A DNA stretch of 64,000 bases from Pseudomonadota bacterium (GTDB lineage Bacteria > Pseudomonadota > Alphaproteobacteria > Sphingomonadales > Sphingomonadaceae). A model generated the notes under the pieces. It was given only the letters and a program-made list of their open reading frames with translations, was not told the origin of the DNA and did no database searches. The stretch is taken from positions 2,137-66,136 of the forward strand of contig JAZKCD010000016.1 of assembly GCA_040388355.1 (NCBI GenBank), in the 5' to 3' direction. A program made the translations under genes and the position numbers. This document shows positions 29,764-42,820 of the stretch, piece after piece (position 1 is the first letter of the stretch; the number at the start of each line of letters is the position of its first letter).

Positions 29764-29901
29764 TTCTTAGCCCTCTCCCGCTTTCGCGAGAGAGGGTTGG
29801 GTGAGGGTCTTCTTCTGGTTGGTGCCCAACGCGGAAGAAGACCCTCACCCTCCCGCGCTTCGCGTGGGCCCCTCCCTCTCCCGCGAAAGCGGGAGAGGTG
29901 T
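29764..29901. repeat. Family A composite palindromic element (inverted relative to 11413)
   Basis: ttagccctctcccgctttcgcgagagaggg...gagggtcttc/gaagaccctc...cctctcccgcgaaagcgggagaggtgt. Confidence 0.9.
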
Positions 29902-29987
29902 GCATCACCCGCACCGGCGCGTTTGCAATCCATACAATCGCTGCGTTCGCAGGGGAACAAGGAGGCATGAGGGTCTGCGTATGAACG

Positions 29988-30016
29988 AAAAGGGCGGCCG
30001 TCGCCGGCCGCCCTTT
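29988..30016. terminator. Bidirectional Rho-independent terminator
   Basis: aaaagggcggccg-tcg-ccggccgcccttt. Confidence 0.75.
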
Positions 30017-30040
30017 CCTGTTTCGCTCCGCCAGCCGCGC

Positions 30041-31288
30041 TCAGGTGAGCGGCGGCATGTCGAGCCAGACCACCCAGAACTTCGCCATGTCGGCGAGCGG
30101 CGCGGCGCGGACCGCGGCGAAGGCGGTGCGCGCCTCGTCCTTGCGGCCGAGCTGGACCAGCGCGACGCCGCGATGGAGCTGGACCTGGTCGGCATCGACT
30201 CCGCCCTTGGCCAGCGCCGCATCATAGAGCTCGAGCGCGCGCGGGTAGTTGGCCGAGGCGAGGAAGGCGTCGGCGGTGCCCATGATCATCTTGCCGGTGT
30301 CGCTCGGCGCCGTGGTGAGCGCGCCCTCGTTGCGGATCGCAGTCTCGGCGGTGGTGCCGAGCTTGACGAAATCGGCATTGCCCTTCGGGATCTTGCCGGC
30401 CTTGGTGCCCTCTTCGAGCACCGCCCTGGTCTCCCAGGGCAGGCCTGCCGCGGCGGCAAACGAGCCATAGTCGAAATAATCATTCTGGTCGGCCAGCGCG
30501 CCGGTGAAGCGCATCAGGCGGAACAGGTCGATCTTCTGGTTGCGGTCGAGCGGCGTGCCCGACTTGTCGAGGCTGTCGCGGTAGATCACGAACACCTTCC
30601 GCCAGTTCTCGACGGTCGGATAATCCTGCAGCTGGCGCATCATCCAGGCGGCAGTCGCGGCGCGATCGCCGGTGCCATAGGTCTTGGCGACGGCGAACTT
30701 GTACCACGCCTCGGGCGGCTTCTGGCCCTTGGCCTTCACCGCGTCGATCGCCTTGCCCATCTCGTCGACGCCTTCGCGGACCTTGCCGGTCTCGACATAG
30801 GCCTGCGCCAGCATGATGAAGGTCTCGCCGCTCTGGTAGCCGAGCTCGCGCGACTTGAGCAGGAACGGCACCGCATCGCCATGCTTGCCCCCGATGAAGG
30901 TCGCCTGGCCGCGCTTGTAATAATATTCGCCCAGCGCCGTCGGCGGCGTCTTGGGGCTGGCGATCAGCGCGTCGGCGGCGGCGATGATGCCGGGCATCGA
31001 CTGTTTGTGGATCTCGATCGACATCCGCATGAACGCGGCATAATATTTCTCGTCGTCGTTCACCGCGACGGCCTCGGCCGCGGCCAGCTGGGTATCGGCG
31101 GTCGCCCAGTCCTGCGCCTTGAGCGCCGTCTCGGCGGCGGCGGCAGGCTTGCGGAACGCCTCGCTGACCTTGAGCGTGGGGCCTTGCTGCTCCTGCTCCT
31201 TGTCCTTCTTCTTCTGCGCCAGGGCGGGCGTGGCGGCGAGGCCCAGCGTCAGGGCAGCGGCCAGCGCCAGCGTCGAAACCGTCTTCAT
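30041..31288 (-). CDS. Secreted TPR-like helical repeat protein
   Basis: Signal peptide MKTVSTLALAAAL...ALA; TPR-like helices (YYYKRGQATF, FLASANYPRALELYDAAL, LHRGVALVQLGRKDEA). Confidence 0.75.
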   Translation of the reverse strand: MKTVSTLALAAALTLGLAATPALAQKKKDKEQEQQGPTLKVSEAFRKPAAAAETALKAQDWATADTQLAAAEAVAVNDDEKYYAAFMRMSIEIHKQSMPGIIAAADALIASPKTPPTALGEYYYKRGQATFIGGKHGDAVPFLLKSRELGYQSGETFIMLAQAYVETGKVREGVDEMGKAIDAVKAKGQKPPEAWYKFAVAKTYGTGDRAATAAWMMRQLQDYPTVENWRKVFVIYRDSLDKSGTPLDRNQKIDLFRLMRFTGALADQNDYFDYGSFAAAAGLPWETRAVLEEGTKAGKIPKGNADFVKLGTTAETAIRNEGALTTAPSDTGKMIMGTADAFLASANYPRALELYDAALAKGGVDADQVQLHRGVALVQLGRKDEARTAFAAVRAAPLADMAKFWVVWLDMPPLT

Positions 31289-31483
31289 GCTAAAAACTCT
31301 CCTGTCCGCATCGATCGGGCTTGGGAACGCGCACGCTCTAATCGCCAGCTTGCATCCATTCAAGCCGACGCTTTGCCTGAAAGCCGTGGCAAGCGTCCCG
31401 TTAACGCGCGTTGAACAAACTTGGCTCCGCCCGCTGACGCCACGCAGCGAATGCGGCATAGACGGGCGAGGGAGGATTCGACC

Positions 31484-32089
31484 ATGATCCTGGTGCTTGC
31501 GCTGCTCGCTCAGACCGCTGGCCTTGAAGCGGATGATTCAAAGGCGGCGCTGACCTGTCTGGGCGCTGCGCGGCCGGCGAATCGCATCGGCATGCCGCCG
31601 CTTCGCTCGGCGTCGCAAGCGACCTATTATCTGTTGCAGTCGGTAGCCGCGCCCGGGCGCGAACAGTTCATGCAGCGGCTGTCCCAGGCGGCGCGCACCG
31701 GCGCGGCAGACGTCAGCCACACACCCGAGGCAACCTCGGCGATCCTGGCGGCATGCGAGCAACGCTTTCCGAAAGTCCGCGTCGAGGGGCCGGTGGCGCT
31801 GCCGGCGGATGCGTTCGATCGGGACCTGATGTGCCTCGCCGAACTTAATTTGTTCGGCGGTGCGGCCTCGCGCCACAATGAGGAAACCGGCGACCGGACC
31901 CAGCTCGACCGCGCATTCGGCCTGCTGGCGAAATATCGCGCGAGGCTGACGCCGGGCCGCTACGCAGCAAACGGCCTGCCCGATGCCGCCGCGCAAGAAC
32001 GCGCCTTTGGCGATCAGATGGTCGCGGCGCTCGAGCTGGGTCCGCCCGACGCGATCGTCGCGAGCTGCGAAACGGCCGCTGCGAGCTGA
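31484..32089 (+). CDS. Secreted hypothetical protein, two Cys-paired modules
   Basis: ggagga RBS; signal-like MILVLALLAQ; 4 Cys in a repeated pattern. Confidence 0.65.
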   Translation: MILVLALLAQTAGLEADDSKAALTCLGAARPANRIGMPPLRSASQATYYLLQSVAAPGREQFMQRLSQAARTGAADVSHTPEATSAILAACEQRFPKVRVEGPVALPADAFDRDLMCLAELNLFGGAASRHNEETGDRTQLDRAFGLLAKYRARLTPGRYAANGLPDAAAQERAFGDQMVAALELGPPDAIVASCETAAAS

Positions 32090-32201
32090 TCTGGTGCCCC
32101 TCGCGCGCACGCGTATACGCGCGTACGCGAGGGTTGGCAGCGGGCTCGCACCCCGCTAGAGCCGCCTCAGCTTTGCAACAAACCATCGGAAACCTGAAAC
32201 C

Positions 32202-34976
<2,775 letters not shown>

Positions 34977-34981
34977 GCGTT

Positions 34982-35143
34982 TCTTCTAGCCCTCTCCCGC
35001 CTTCGCGGGAGAGGGTTGGGTGAGGGTCTTCTTCTTCCTTTTTCCCTTCTGCGACGAAAGACCCGCGCGGAAGAAGAAGACCCTCACCCTCCCACCGCTT
35101 CGCGGCGGGCCCCTCCCTCTCCCGCGAAAGCGGGAGAGGTGTA
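34982..35143. repeat. Family A composite palindromic element
   Basis: Same arms as 11413 and 29764 with a different central loop. Confidence 0.92.
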
Positions 35144-35172
35144 AGTCCTCCGCTTCGCCAAGGAGACGCGCC

Positions 35173-35517
35173 ATGGAAACCACCGCCTACAAGATCCTCA
35201 GCGACGCCGAGATGGAGGCGCTCGAGCATCAGGGCAGCTTCGCCGGGGCGCCGGTCGATCTCGCCGACGGCTATGTCCACCTGTCGACCGCCGATCAGCT
35301 CCAGGGCACGCTCGACAAGCATTTCGCCGGCCGCGCCGATCTGTGGATCGCCGCGGTCGATCTCGAGGCGCTGGGCGAGGCAGTCAAATGGGAGGAATCG
35401 CGCGGCGGCGCGCTGTTCCCGCACCTCTATGCCGCGCTGCCGCTGTCGGCCGTGATCGCCTATTCGCCGCTCGAGCACGGTCATGACGGCAAGGTGCGGC
35501 TGCCGGTGGCGGGCTGA
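35173..35517 (+). CDS. DUF952 domain protein
   Basis: AYKIL, DLADGYVHLST, WEESRGGALFPHLY. Confidence 0.9.
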   Translation: METTAYKILSDAEMEALEHQGSFAGAPVDLADGYVHLSTADQLQGTLDKHFAGRADLWIAAVDLEALGEAVKWEESRGGALFPHLYAALPLSAVIAYSPLEHGHDGKVRLPVAG

Positions 35518-35518
35518 A

Positions 35519-35812
35519 TCAGCGGTTCGGCGCCGCTTCTCTGGCGGGCGGGTCGGGATCCCAGCGGAATTCGGTGGCGCCGATGAACGAGACGCAGATC
35601 AGCACCGTTCCGAACAGGCAGAAGAATATCCCCGGCGCGCTGCCGCGCAGATCGAGCTTATAGGTGCCCGCGCTCGCGGCCAGATCGCCTGCCGGCGCGA
35701 TCTTGTCCGCCATGAACAGCCGGTAGCCCAAATAAGCCATCAGCACGCCGGCCAGCAGGATCGTGATCTTGTAGCCGATGAGGATGGCAAACATCATGAC
35801 GCCTTCGGTCAT
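35519..35812 (-). CDS. Small two-TM hypothetical membrane protein
   Basis: Two hydrophobic segments (LLAGVLMAYLGYRLF; APGIFFCLFGTVLICVSF); RBS present. Confidence 0.6.
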   Translation of the reverse strand: MTEGVMMFAILIGYKITILLAGVLMAYLGYRLFMADKIAPAGDLAASAGTYKLDLRGSAPGIFFCLFGTVLICVSFIGATEFRWDPDPPAREAAPNR

Positions 35813-35880
35813 ATGCCCCCCTTTCTCCCGGCGAATAGATCACAGCGTCATTGCCTGCACAACCGGTTCATGGGCGGTCA

Positions 35881-36270
35881 TCATTCGGGGCGGTGCGACA
35901 CCGCCTCGATATTCATCCCGTCGGGATCGTAGACGAAGGCAGCATAGTAATTGGGGTGATAGATCGCGCGAATCCCCGGCCCGCCATTGTCACGGCCGCC
36001 TGCGGCGATCGCCGCCGCGTAGAAGGCCTGGACCTCGGCATGGCTCGCCGCGGCGAAGGCGATGTGGGTTCCCTCGCCCACCTTCTCGCCGTCGCCGACC
36101 CAGAAGAATGCATGATCGCCCTTGCCGAACCCCAGCACGGTGCTGCCGTCGCCGGTCATCTCGGGGGTGATCGTCTGCACCAGCGCGATGCCGAGCGGGG
36201 CGAGCGCCGCTTCGTAAAACGCCTTGCTCTTCTGAACATCCGCAACCGCGAAACCGACATGATCGAGCAT
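35881..36270 (-). CDS. VOC/glyoxalase family protein
   Basis: MLDHVGF, FYEAAL, THIAFAA, NYYAAFVYDPDGMNIEAV. Confidence 0.92.
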   Translation of the reverse strand: MLDHVGFAVADVQKSKAFYEAALAPLGIALVQTITPEMTGDGSTVLGFGKGDHAFFWVGDGEKVGEGTHIAFAAASHAEVQAFYAAAIAAGGRDNGGPGIRAIYHPNYYAAFVYDPDGMNIEAVSHRPE

Positions 36271-36280
36271 GAGTGCCTCC

Positions 36281-36712
36281 TCAGGGATAGAGATTGACGA
36301 CTTCCGCCCCCTCGCCTTCCGCGGCGAGCAGCAGGGTGCGGTGGCAATGCGACGGATCGCGCTCGAAGCAGAGCAGCGCCGAGGGCTTTTCCGCCGCCAG
36401 CTCGCGCATCTGCGCCGCCTGGAGCTGCGCCTCGGGCAATTCGAGCTGGCCCTCGTAAACCGCCTCGAGCGTCGCGACATCGCCCTTCTTGGCCGCATCG
36501 CGCCCCAGCTTCGGGGTGCCCAGCGCCTTGAGCCCGACATAGTCGATCCCGGCCTCCTTCAGGCTGGCGGCGAGGACATTCTTCGAGAAGCCCGGGCGGC
36601 GCGACAGCGGCACGGCGCGGACATCGATGATTCGCTCGACTCCCGCCGCCTGCAGCGCGGCGATGAACTCGGCCATCGTCGTCGCTTCATAGCCGATGGT
36701 GAAGATCCTCAC
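36281..36712 (-). CDS. DUF488 family protein
   Basis: [36 protein letters not shown]; GTGA overlap with the upstream gene. Confidence 0.88.
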   Translation of the reverse strand: MRIFTIGYEATTMAEFIAALQAAGVERIIDVRAVPLSRRPGFSKNVLAASLKEAGIDYVGLKALGTPKLGRDAAKKGDVATLEAVYEGQLELPEAQLQAAQMRELAAEKPSALLCFERDPSHCHRTLLLAAEGEGAEVVNLYP

Positions 36713-37347
36713 GCCCTCGCCTCCTGCCGCAGCACCGTGACGACACCCCAGGCGATCGCCGCCTGCCCGGCGACATAGAGCGGCCAGATCAGCAGCCCCG
36801 GCAGCGCCGAGCCGTGCAGCGGGCCCAGCTCCGAGAAGATCAGCAGGTCGGATCCCACGAACATCAGCGCGCCGATCCCGACATTGTCGCGCGCGAAGCG
36901 GCTGGTCAGCGCCGCGCCCGCCATGCCGCCCAGCCCCAGCGCATAGAGCGCGATCCCCGGCGCCAGTCCGCGCGCAAACGGCAGCCACCACGCGACCAAA
37001 GCCACCACCAGCGCGACGGCAATCGCGGCGCGGACGCTGCCCTGCCGGTTGCGCAGGTACAGCCAGATCGCGACGACATGCCCCGCCAGGAACCCGATCG
37101 CGCCGGCAATCAGCCCGTTGGTCTCGATCAGCACGTCGCCCAGCGCGCCGAACGCCATCACCACCGCGATCAGCCACCCGTCGAGGGTCTTCGCCTGCAA
37201 TCCCGCCCACAAAGCGAGCAAGGCGACGCACGCCCCCTTGAGCGGCACCGAGCCGATCCCGTTGAAGCCCATCCGATAGGCGATGAAATAGGCCGCCCCC
37301 GCGATCAGCGCGAGCAGGAACAGGGTGTCGATCGGTTTGAAGCGCAT
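36709..37347 (-). CDS. YhhN-like lysoplasmalogenase family membrane protein
   Basis: [41 protein letters not shown]. Confidence 0.88.
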   Translation of the reverse strand: MRFKPIDTLFLLALIAGAAYFIAYRMGFNGIGSVPLKGACVALLALWAGLQAKTLDGWLIAVVMAFGALGDVLIETNGLIAGAIGFLAGHVVAIWLYLRNRQGSVRAAIAVALVVALVAWWLPFARGLAPGIALYALGLGGMAGAALTSRFARDNVGIGALMFVGSDLLIFSELGPLHGSALPGLLIWPLYVAGQAAIAWGVVTVLRQEARA

Positions 37348-37395
37348 GACCGCACCCATAGCGGGCGCGCCCGCGCTGCGCTATCGCGCCCGGCA

Positions 37396-38712
37396 ATGAC
37401 TCATGACGTTCACATCATCGGCGGGGGCCTCGCGGGCTCCGAAGCCGCGTGGCAGCTCGCCGAGGCCGGCCACAAGGTCCGCCTCTCCGAGATGCGCGGC
37501 TCGGGCGACATGACCCCGGCGCACCAGACCGACCGGCTCGCCGAGCTGGTCTGCTCGAACAGCTTCCGCTCGGACGATGCCGAGCGCAACGCCGTCGGCC
37601 TGCTCCACCAGGAGATGCGCGACCTGGGTTCGCTGATCCTCGCGCAGGGCGACCGGCACAAGGTCCCCGCCGGATCGGCGCTGGCGGTCGACCGCGAAGG
37701 CTTCGCCGAGGGGGTCACTGCGGCGATCGAGGCGCATCCGAACATCGAAGTGGTGCGCGAACGCGTCGATGCGCTGCCCGCGAGCGGCCTGACGATCGTC
37801 GCCACCGGCCCGCTCACCGCGCCGCTGCTCGCCGAAAGCATCGGCGGCGCCACCGGCAAGGACGCGCTCGCTTTCTTCGACGCGATCGCCCCGATCGTCC
37901 ATTTCGACAGCATCGACATGGAAACCGCCTGGTTCCAGTCGCGCTGGAACAAGGGAGAGGGCAAGGATTACATCAACTGCCCGATGGACAAGGACCAGTA
38001 TCTCGCCTTCCACGCCGGGCTGATCGGCGGCGAAAAGACCGAATTTCGCGACTGGGAAGTCGACACCCCCTATTTCGAAGGCTGCATGCCGATCGAAGTG
38101 ATGGCCGAGCGCGGCGTCGACACCCCGCGCTACGGGCCGATGAAGGGCGTCGGGCTCGACGATCCGCGCACCGGGCGCTGGCCCTATGCCGTGGTGCAGC
38201 TGCGGCAGGACAATGCCACGGCCACGCTGTGGAACATGGTCGGCTTCCAGACGAAACTGAAATATGCCGAGCAAGTTGCTCTGTTCAGGACGATTCCCGG
38301 GCTTGAGAAAGCCGAGTTCGCGCGGCTTGGCGGCTTGCATCGCAACACCTTCATCAAGTCGCCCGAGCTGCTCGACCCGACATTGCGGCTGAAGGCGCGC
38401 CCGCATATCCGCTTCGCCGGGCAGATCACCGGGTGCGAAGGCTATGTCGAGAGTTCGGCGATCGGGCTGCTCGCGGGCCGCTTCGCCGCAGCCGAGCTCG
38501 CCGGGACAATGCTCGCCCCGCCCCCCGTCGAAACCGCGCTGGGCGCGCTGCTGACGCACATCACCGGCGCCGCCGAGGCCGAGACCTACCAGCCGATGAA
38601 CGTCAATTTCGGCCTGATGCCGCCGATCCCGGGACGTTCCAAGAAGGCCGACCGCAAGCTGCTATACACCAGCCGCGCACGAGAGGCGTTCAAGGTCTGG
38701 CTCGCAGCCTGA
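37396..38712 (+). CDS. trmFO: Methylenetetrahydrofolate-tRNA-(uracil-5-)-methyltransferase
   Basis: [53 protein letters not shown]. Confidence 0.97.
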   Translation: MTHDVHIIGGGLAGSEAAWQLAEAGHKVRLSEMRGSGDMTPAHQTDRLAELVCSNSFRSDDAERNAVGLLHQEMRDLGSLILAQGDRHKVPAGSALAVDREGFAEGVTAAIEAHPNIEVVRERVDALPASGLTIVATGPLTAPLLAESIGGATGKDALAFFDAIAPIVHFDSIDMETAWFQSRWNKGEGKDYINCPMDKDQYLAFHAGLIGGEKTEFRDWEVDTPYFEGCMPIEVMAERGVDTPRYGPMKGVGLDDPRTGRWPYAVVQLRQDNATATLWNMVGFQTKLKYAEQVALFRTIPGLEKAEFARLGGLHRNTFIKSPELLDPTLRLKARPHIRFAGQITGCEGYVESSAIGLLAGRFAAAELAGTMLAPPPVETALGALLTHITGAAEAETYQPMNVNFGLMPPIPGRSKKADRKLLYTSRAREAFKVWLAA

Positions 38713-38738
38713 ATCGCGCCGCAGGCACAATCTCTTTT

Positions 38739-38814
38739 CTTCTCTGCGCTCTCTGCGCCTCTGCGCGAACAAATCCTTTTTTTTGCGCGCAGAGGCGCAG
38801 AGAGCGCAGAGAAG
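38739..38814. repeat. Perfect 29-bp inverted repeat pair (cgcagag family), opposite arm arrangement to 16180
   Basis: cttctctgcgctctctgcgcctctgcgcg (38739-38767) and its exact reverse complement (38786-38814), between convergent genes. Confidence 0.9.
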
Positions 38815-38840
38815 GAATTTATGCCCGCTTCGCGAGGTTT

Positions 38841-39332
38841 TCATTCCTCGCCGTCATCCTCCGCAGCCGCAGGCGCCGCCTTGGCGGCAGCCTTGGCCGG
38901 CGCGCACGCGCACCGCGCCGGGGCCTTGCGCTTGACCGCGGTGGTGGCGAACTCGGTCCGGTTGAGCGTACCCGACTTGTCCTTGTCGGCGCCCGTGAAG
39001 CGCGTCGTCCCGCGCACCGCCCATTCGTCGAACGACAGCTTGCCGTCGCGATCGGTGTCGAGCTTGGCAAAGGCCTTGCGGCGCAGCGCGAAGAATTCGT
39101 CGCGCGTGATCGTGTCGTTGCGGTCCTTGTCGAGCCGGTCGAAACGCTTCTGCTCGCGGGTCTTGGCGGTGGCGCTCGGGGCTTCATCGGGAAGCGGATC
39201 CTCCGCCACCGCGCCTTGCGCGGCCGGCGGGGGCGGCGTTGCCGCCTCGGGCGCGGCCGAGCCGCGGAACAGGAACATCGCCGCCAGGGCCAGCAGCAGC
39301 GCACCCGCACCGCCCGCGAAATAGCGCCACAT
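38841..39332 (-). CDS. EF-hand domain protein
   Basis: DKDRNDTITRDEF, DTDRDGKLSFDEW, DKDKSGTLNRTEF; N-terminal TM/signal. Confidence 0.88.
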   Translation of the reverse strand: MWRYFAGGAGALLLALAAMFLFRGSAAPEAATPPPPAAQGAVAEDPLPDEAPSATAKTREQKRFDRLDKDRNDTITRDEFFALRRKAFAKLDTDRDGKLSFDEWAVRGTTRFTGADKDKSGTLNRTEFATTAVKRKAPARCACAPAKAAAKAAPAAAEDDGEE

Positions 39333-39374
39333 GTGTCGGTCCTCCCACCGGTTTCGCCGGCGCGAGACTAAACG

Positions 39375-40025
39375 CTAACGGCCGGTCAGTCGATGCCAGA
39401 GCAGCCGCGCGACCCGGCCCGGTGCGCCGACCGGCGCGGGCGTTCCGGCGGGCAACGCAAGGTCGCGGCGCGCAAGGTGCGCCATCGCCCCCAGCGCCCG
39501 CCCGTTGCGGCTCCAGCGCGCGCGAGTGGCGGCGTGGAGAAGCGGCCCGGCGAGCGCCCGCGCCGCCATCGCCTCGTCCTCCGGCCCGAGGTGCCGCGCC
39601 AGGTCGGCCAGCGCCCAGCCCTGCCCTGCCGCACCGAGCGGATCGCCCTCCGCCCCCATCGCCGCGCCCGCCAGCGCGAACAACGCCCCCCGCCCCTCGC
39701 CGAAGCGCGCCAGCGCGGCACCGTCGAGCGCCTCGGCTTCGATCAGCACCTCCCAGCCATGCACGATCGGCGTCAAGGCGCTTCCCTTCAGGCCGCTCGC
39801 CGCGACTGCCTGGAGCACCGGCTCGGCGGGCGGGGGCGCGCTGTCGAGCCGCTCGAGCGCCTCGCGCCACCATGCCAGCCGGATCTGCCCGACCGCGGGC
39901 GCGCTGGTCGTGCGCAGCAGCCCGGCAAGCGCATCGTCGAGCATCAGCAGCGCCGCCAGCGCCGCGCGGCCGGCGGGCGGCGCGTAGGTCAGGATCAGAT
40001 CGCGCTCGGGATCGCGTGACGTCAT
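39375..40025 (-). CDS. Squalene/phytoene synthase family protein (NDUFAF6-like)
   Basis: DLILTYAP, GQIRLAWWREAL, HPVL-like EPVLQAV; only the 3' part of the listed 814-aa ORF is coding. Confidence 0.8.
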   Translation of the reverse strand: MTSRDPERDLILTYAPPAGRAALAALLMLDDALAGLLRTTSAPAVGQIRLAWWREALERLDSAPPPAEPVLQAVAASGLKGSALTPIVHGWEVLIEAEALDGAALARFGEGRGALFALAGAAMGAEGDPLGAAGQGWALADLARHLGPEDEAMAARALAGPLLHAATRARWSRNGRALGAMAHLARRDLALPAGTPAPVGAPGRVARLLWHRLTGR

Positions 40026-40139
40026 GCCGTCGGCCCCCACCCGCAAGACGCAAAATAACCCCCGGTTAACCACGCCGGTTGAGAGCAAATTAGGGGCGCC
40101 CGCCGCATGACTGCCCCTGATCGGGGAGTGGGGACGCAT

Positions 40140-42167
40140 ATGTCGGACGCACAGCACAGCATGATGCCAGCGGCGCGGGGCTTTCTCGGCCGGCTTTCGC
40201 GCGACCGGCGCGGCAACACCATGGCGATCATGGCGATGGCGCTGATCCCCTTGGCGGGCATGGTCGGCGGCGGCGTGGACATCAGCCGCATGTACATCGT
40301 CAAGACCCGTCTGCAACATGCGTGCGACGCCGGCGCGCTCGCCGGGCGCAAGGCGATGGGCGGCGGCACCTGGTCGCAGAGCAACTATGCCCCGCGCACC
40401 TCGGCCGAGAATTTCTTCGACGCCAACTACCAGTCCGACGCCTATGGCGCGACCGACCGCCAGCGCACCTTCACCGAAGCCGCGGGCAAGGTCACCGGCA
40501 CCGCCTCCGCGGTGCTGCCGATGACGCTGATGAAGATCTTCGGGCGCACCACCGAAACGCTGTCGGTCACCTGCGACGCCGAGATGCGGCTGCCCAACAC
40601 CGATGTGATGTTCGTGCTCGATACCACCGGATCGATGGACGACAAGGCCGTCAGCACCGACAGCGTCGACAAGATCACTGCGCTCAAGACCGCAGTGAAG
40701 TGCTTCTACGAGATCGTCGCGCGGCTCAACACCGCCGAGACCTGCACCGGCGGCGATCCGAGCGGCGGCACCGGCGACCAGGTCCAGATCCGCTTCGGCT
40801 TCATGCCCTATGCGACCAACGTCAATGTCGGCAAATTGCTGCCCACCAGCTATTTCGCCAACAGCTGGAACTATCAGTCGCGCGAGCCGACCTACACCAC
40901 CACCACCAGCTCCCCCGCGATGGGCACCTTCACCCCCAGCGGCAGCGCGAGCAACGGCAGCTGGTCGGACAAGGCCTATTATTTCTCGTCGAACTCGTCG
41001 AGCAACTGCGTCGCGCTCCCCAACTCGCCCTATACGCAGAGCGGCACGATCGGCTCGCCGACCAATTCGAACTCGACGGTGTCGGGCGACGTCACCACCA
41101 CGACCTACAACGCCAGCACCGGCGGCTGGTATTATCAGTACCAGTACGACAGCTACGACAGCTGGAACGACCGCTGCTATTATGATCGCCGGACGGTGAC
41201 CTACAACAGCGGCACCGGCGCGTTCACCCGGACGACCACGCGCAGCTTCGACAAATATCGCTACGCCAAGCTGAGCAAGGACATCAGCGGGCTCAAGAAC
41301 GGCACGACCTGGAACAGCTCGTTCCAGTCGAACGTCGGCACCGAAGGCGCGATGAAGACGATCAACTGGGGCGGCTGCATCGAGGAGCGCCAGACCAAGG
41401 TCACCTCCACCTTCAGCCCGATCCCGTCGGACGCCTACGACCTCAACATCGATCTCGTGCCCAGCCAGGGCACCGCGAGTTCGCTGTGGGGCCCGGTGCT
41501 GCCCGACATGATCTACACCCGCGACATCACCTACAGCGGCGGCTGGGGCGGCGGCTATAGCGGCAGCTTCGACAACAGCGAGACGACGACCGACACCGAA
41601 TATGTCAACTACTCCTCCTACGCCTGCCCGCAGGAAGCCCGCAAGCTCCAGTCCTGGACGACTGCCTCGACCTTCGAGAGCTACGTCAACAGCCTGAGCC
41701 CGTCGGGGAACACCTATCACGACATCGGCCTGCTGTGGGGCGCGCGCTTCATGTCGCCGACCGGGATCTTCGCGTCGGAGAACGCCTATACCCCGCAGGG
41801 CGGCGAGATCGAGCGGCACATGATCTTCATGACCGACGGCGACACCAATGCGAGCAACACCGATTATGCCGCCTATGGCATCCCCTGGTTCGACCGGCGC
41901 CAGACCGTGAGCACGAGCGCGCCGAGCAACACCACGCTCAACGACCAGATCAACGCCCGCTTCCTCGCGCTGTGCACCGCGGTCAAGAACCAGAACATCA
42001 CCTTGTGGGTGATCTCGTTCGGATCGGGCTCCAACTCGACCACCGAGGACCGGCTCGAATCCTGCGCCACCTCGGGCCGCTATTTCGTCGCCCGCGATTC
42101 GGCGACGCTCCAGACGACGTTCCGGTCGATCGCCGACCAGATCTCGCAGCTCAGGCTCACCAGATGA
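40140..42167 (+). CDS. TadG-like pilin-family protein with vWA domain
   Basis: RDRRGNTMAIM, GGGVDISR, LQHACDAGALA, DVMFVLDTTGSM, GNTYHDIGLLWG, IFMTDGD. Confidence 0.85.
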   Translation: MSDAQHSMMPAARGFLGRLSRDRRGNTMAIMAMALIPLAGMVGGGVDISRMYIVKTRLQHACDAGALAGRKAMGGGTWSQSNYAPRTSAENFFDANYQSDAYGATDRQRTFTEAAGKVTGTASAVLPMTLMKIFGRTTETLSVTCDAEMRLPNTDVMFVLDTTGSMDDKAVSTDSVDKITALKTAVKCFYEIVARLNTAETCTGGDPSGGTGDQVQIRFGFMPYATNVNVGKLLPTSYFANSWNYQSREPTYTTTTSSPAMGTFTPSGSASNGSWSDKAYYFSSNSSSNCVALPNSPYTQSGTIGSPTNSNSTVSGDVTTTTYNASTGGWYYQYQYDSYDSWNDRCYYDRRTVTYNSGTGAFTRTTTRSFDKYRYAKLSKDISGLKNGTTWNSSFQSNVGTEGAMKTINWGGCIEERQTKVTSTFSPIPSDAYDLNIDLVPSQGTASSLWGPVLPDMIYTRDITYSGGWGGGYSGSFDNSETTTDTEYVNYSSYACPQEARKLQSWTTASTFESYVNSLSPSGNTYHDIGLLWGARFMSPTGIFASENAYTPQGGEIERHMIFMTDGDTNASNTDYAAYGIPWFDRRQTVSTSAPSNTTLNDQINARFLALCTAVKNQNITLWVISFGSGSNSTTEDRLESCATSGRYFVARDSATLQTTFRSIADQISQLRLTR

Positions 42168-42820
42168 CCCGGCAGGTCTCCCATCGCGGGCTGCGCGCTT
42201 TGAACGCGCGCGCGGCCCTCCCTCGCCGGTTTTGCCGCGCCCTCGGGCGTGACGAGAAGGGCGCCACGGTCGTCGAATTCGCGCTCGTGGCGCCCGTCAT
42301 GGGGATGCTGCTGCTCGGCGCCTTCGATGTCGGCCACACGCTCTACATGCGCTCGGTGCTCCAGGGCATCGTCCAGAAGGTCGCGCGCGATTCGACGCTC
42401 GAGAGCGGGCTCGTCACGGCCCAGCAGGAGGTGCTCGACGAGCGCGTCCGCACCCAGGTGCGTGCGCTGGCGAACAATGCGACGACGACGATCACGCGCC
42501 AATATTACCGCAGCTTCACCAACGCCGCCGCCTCGCAGTTCGAGCCCTATACCGACACCAACGGCAACGGCACCTGCAACGCCGGCGAGCCCTATCAGGA
42601 CAACAACAACAACGGCGTGTGGAACGCCACCGGCGGCAACACCGGGGCGGGCGGCGCCAAGGATGCGGTGCTCTACACCGTGTCGGTCAGCTATCCGCGC
42701 TTCTTCCCGATCTACCGGTTCGTCGGCGGATCGAGCACGACGGTGATCACGGGATCGACCGTGCTGCGCAACCAGCCCTATGGCGACCAGACCGTGCCGA
42801 CCGTCAGGAACTGCACGTGA
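42164..42820 (+). CDS. TadE-like pseudopilin
   Basis: RDEKGATVVEFALVAP; DxNxNG loops; ATGA overlap. Confidence 0.88.
   Translation: MTRQVSHRGLRALNARAALPRRFCRALGRDEKGATVVEFALVAPVMGMLLLGAFDVGHTLYMRSVLQGIVQKVARDSTLESGLVTAQQEVLDERVRTQVRALANNATTTITRQYYRSFTNAAASQFEPYTDTNGNGTCNAGEPYQDNNNNGVWNATGGNTGAGGAKDAVLYTVSVSYPRFFPIYRFVGGSSTTVITGSTVLRNQPYGDQTVPTVRNCT

Noticed and set aside
35020-35172. N-terminal extension MRVFFFL... of DUF952, and similar ORFs at 29742-29960, 29801+, 11380-11628 and 3936-4415
   Set aside because: Translations of the palindromic repeat elements; the real DUF952 start has its own RBS at 35173.
40026-41819. N-terminal roughly 600 aa of the 814-aa ORF 39375-41819
   Set aside because: Antisense to tadG; only the part from ATG 40025 has phytoene-synthase-like motifs.
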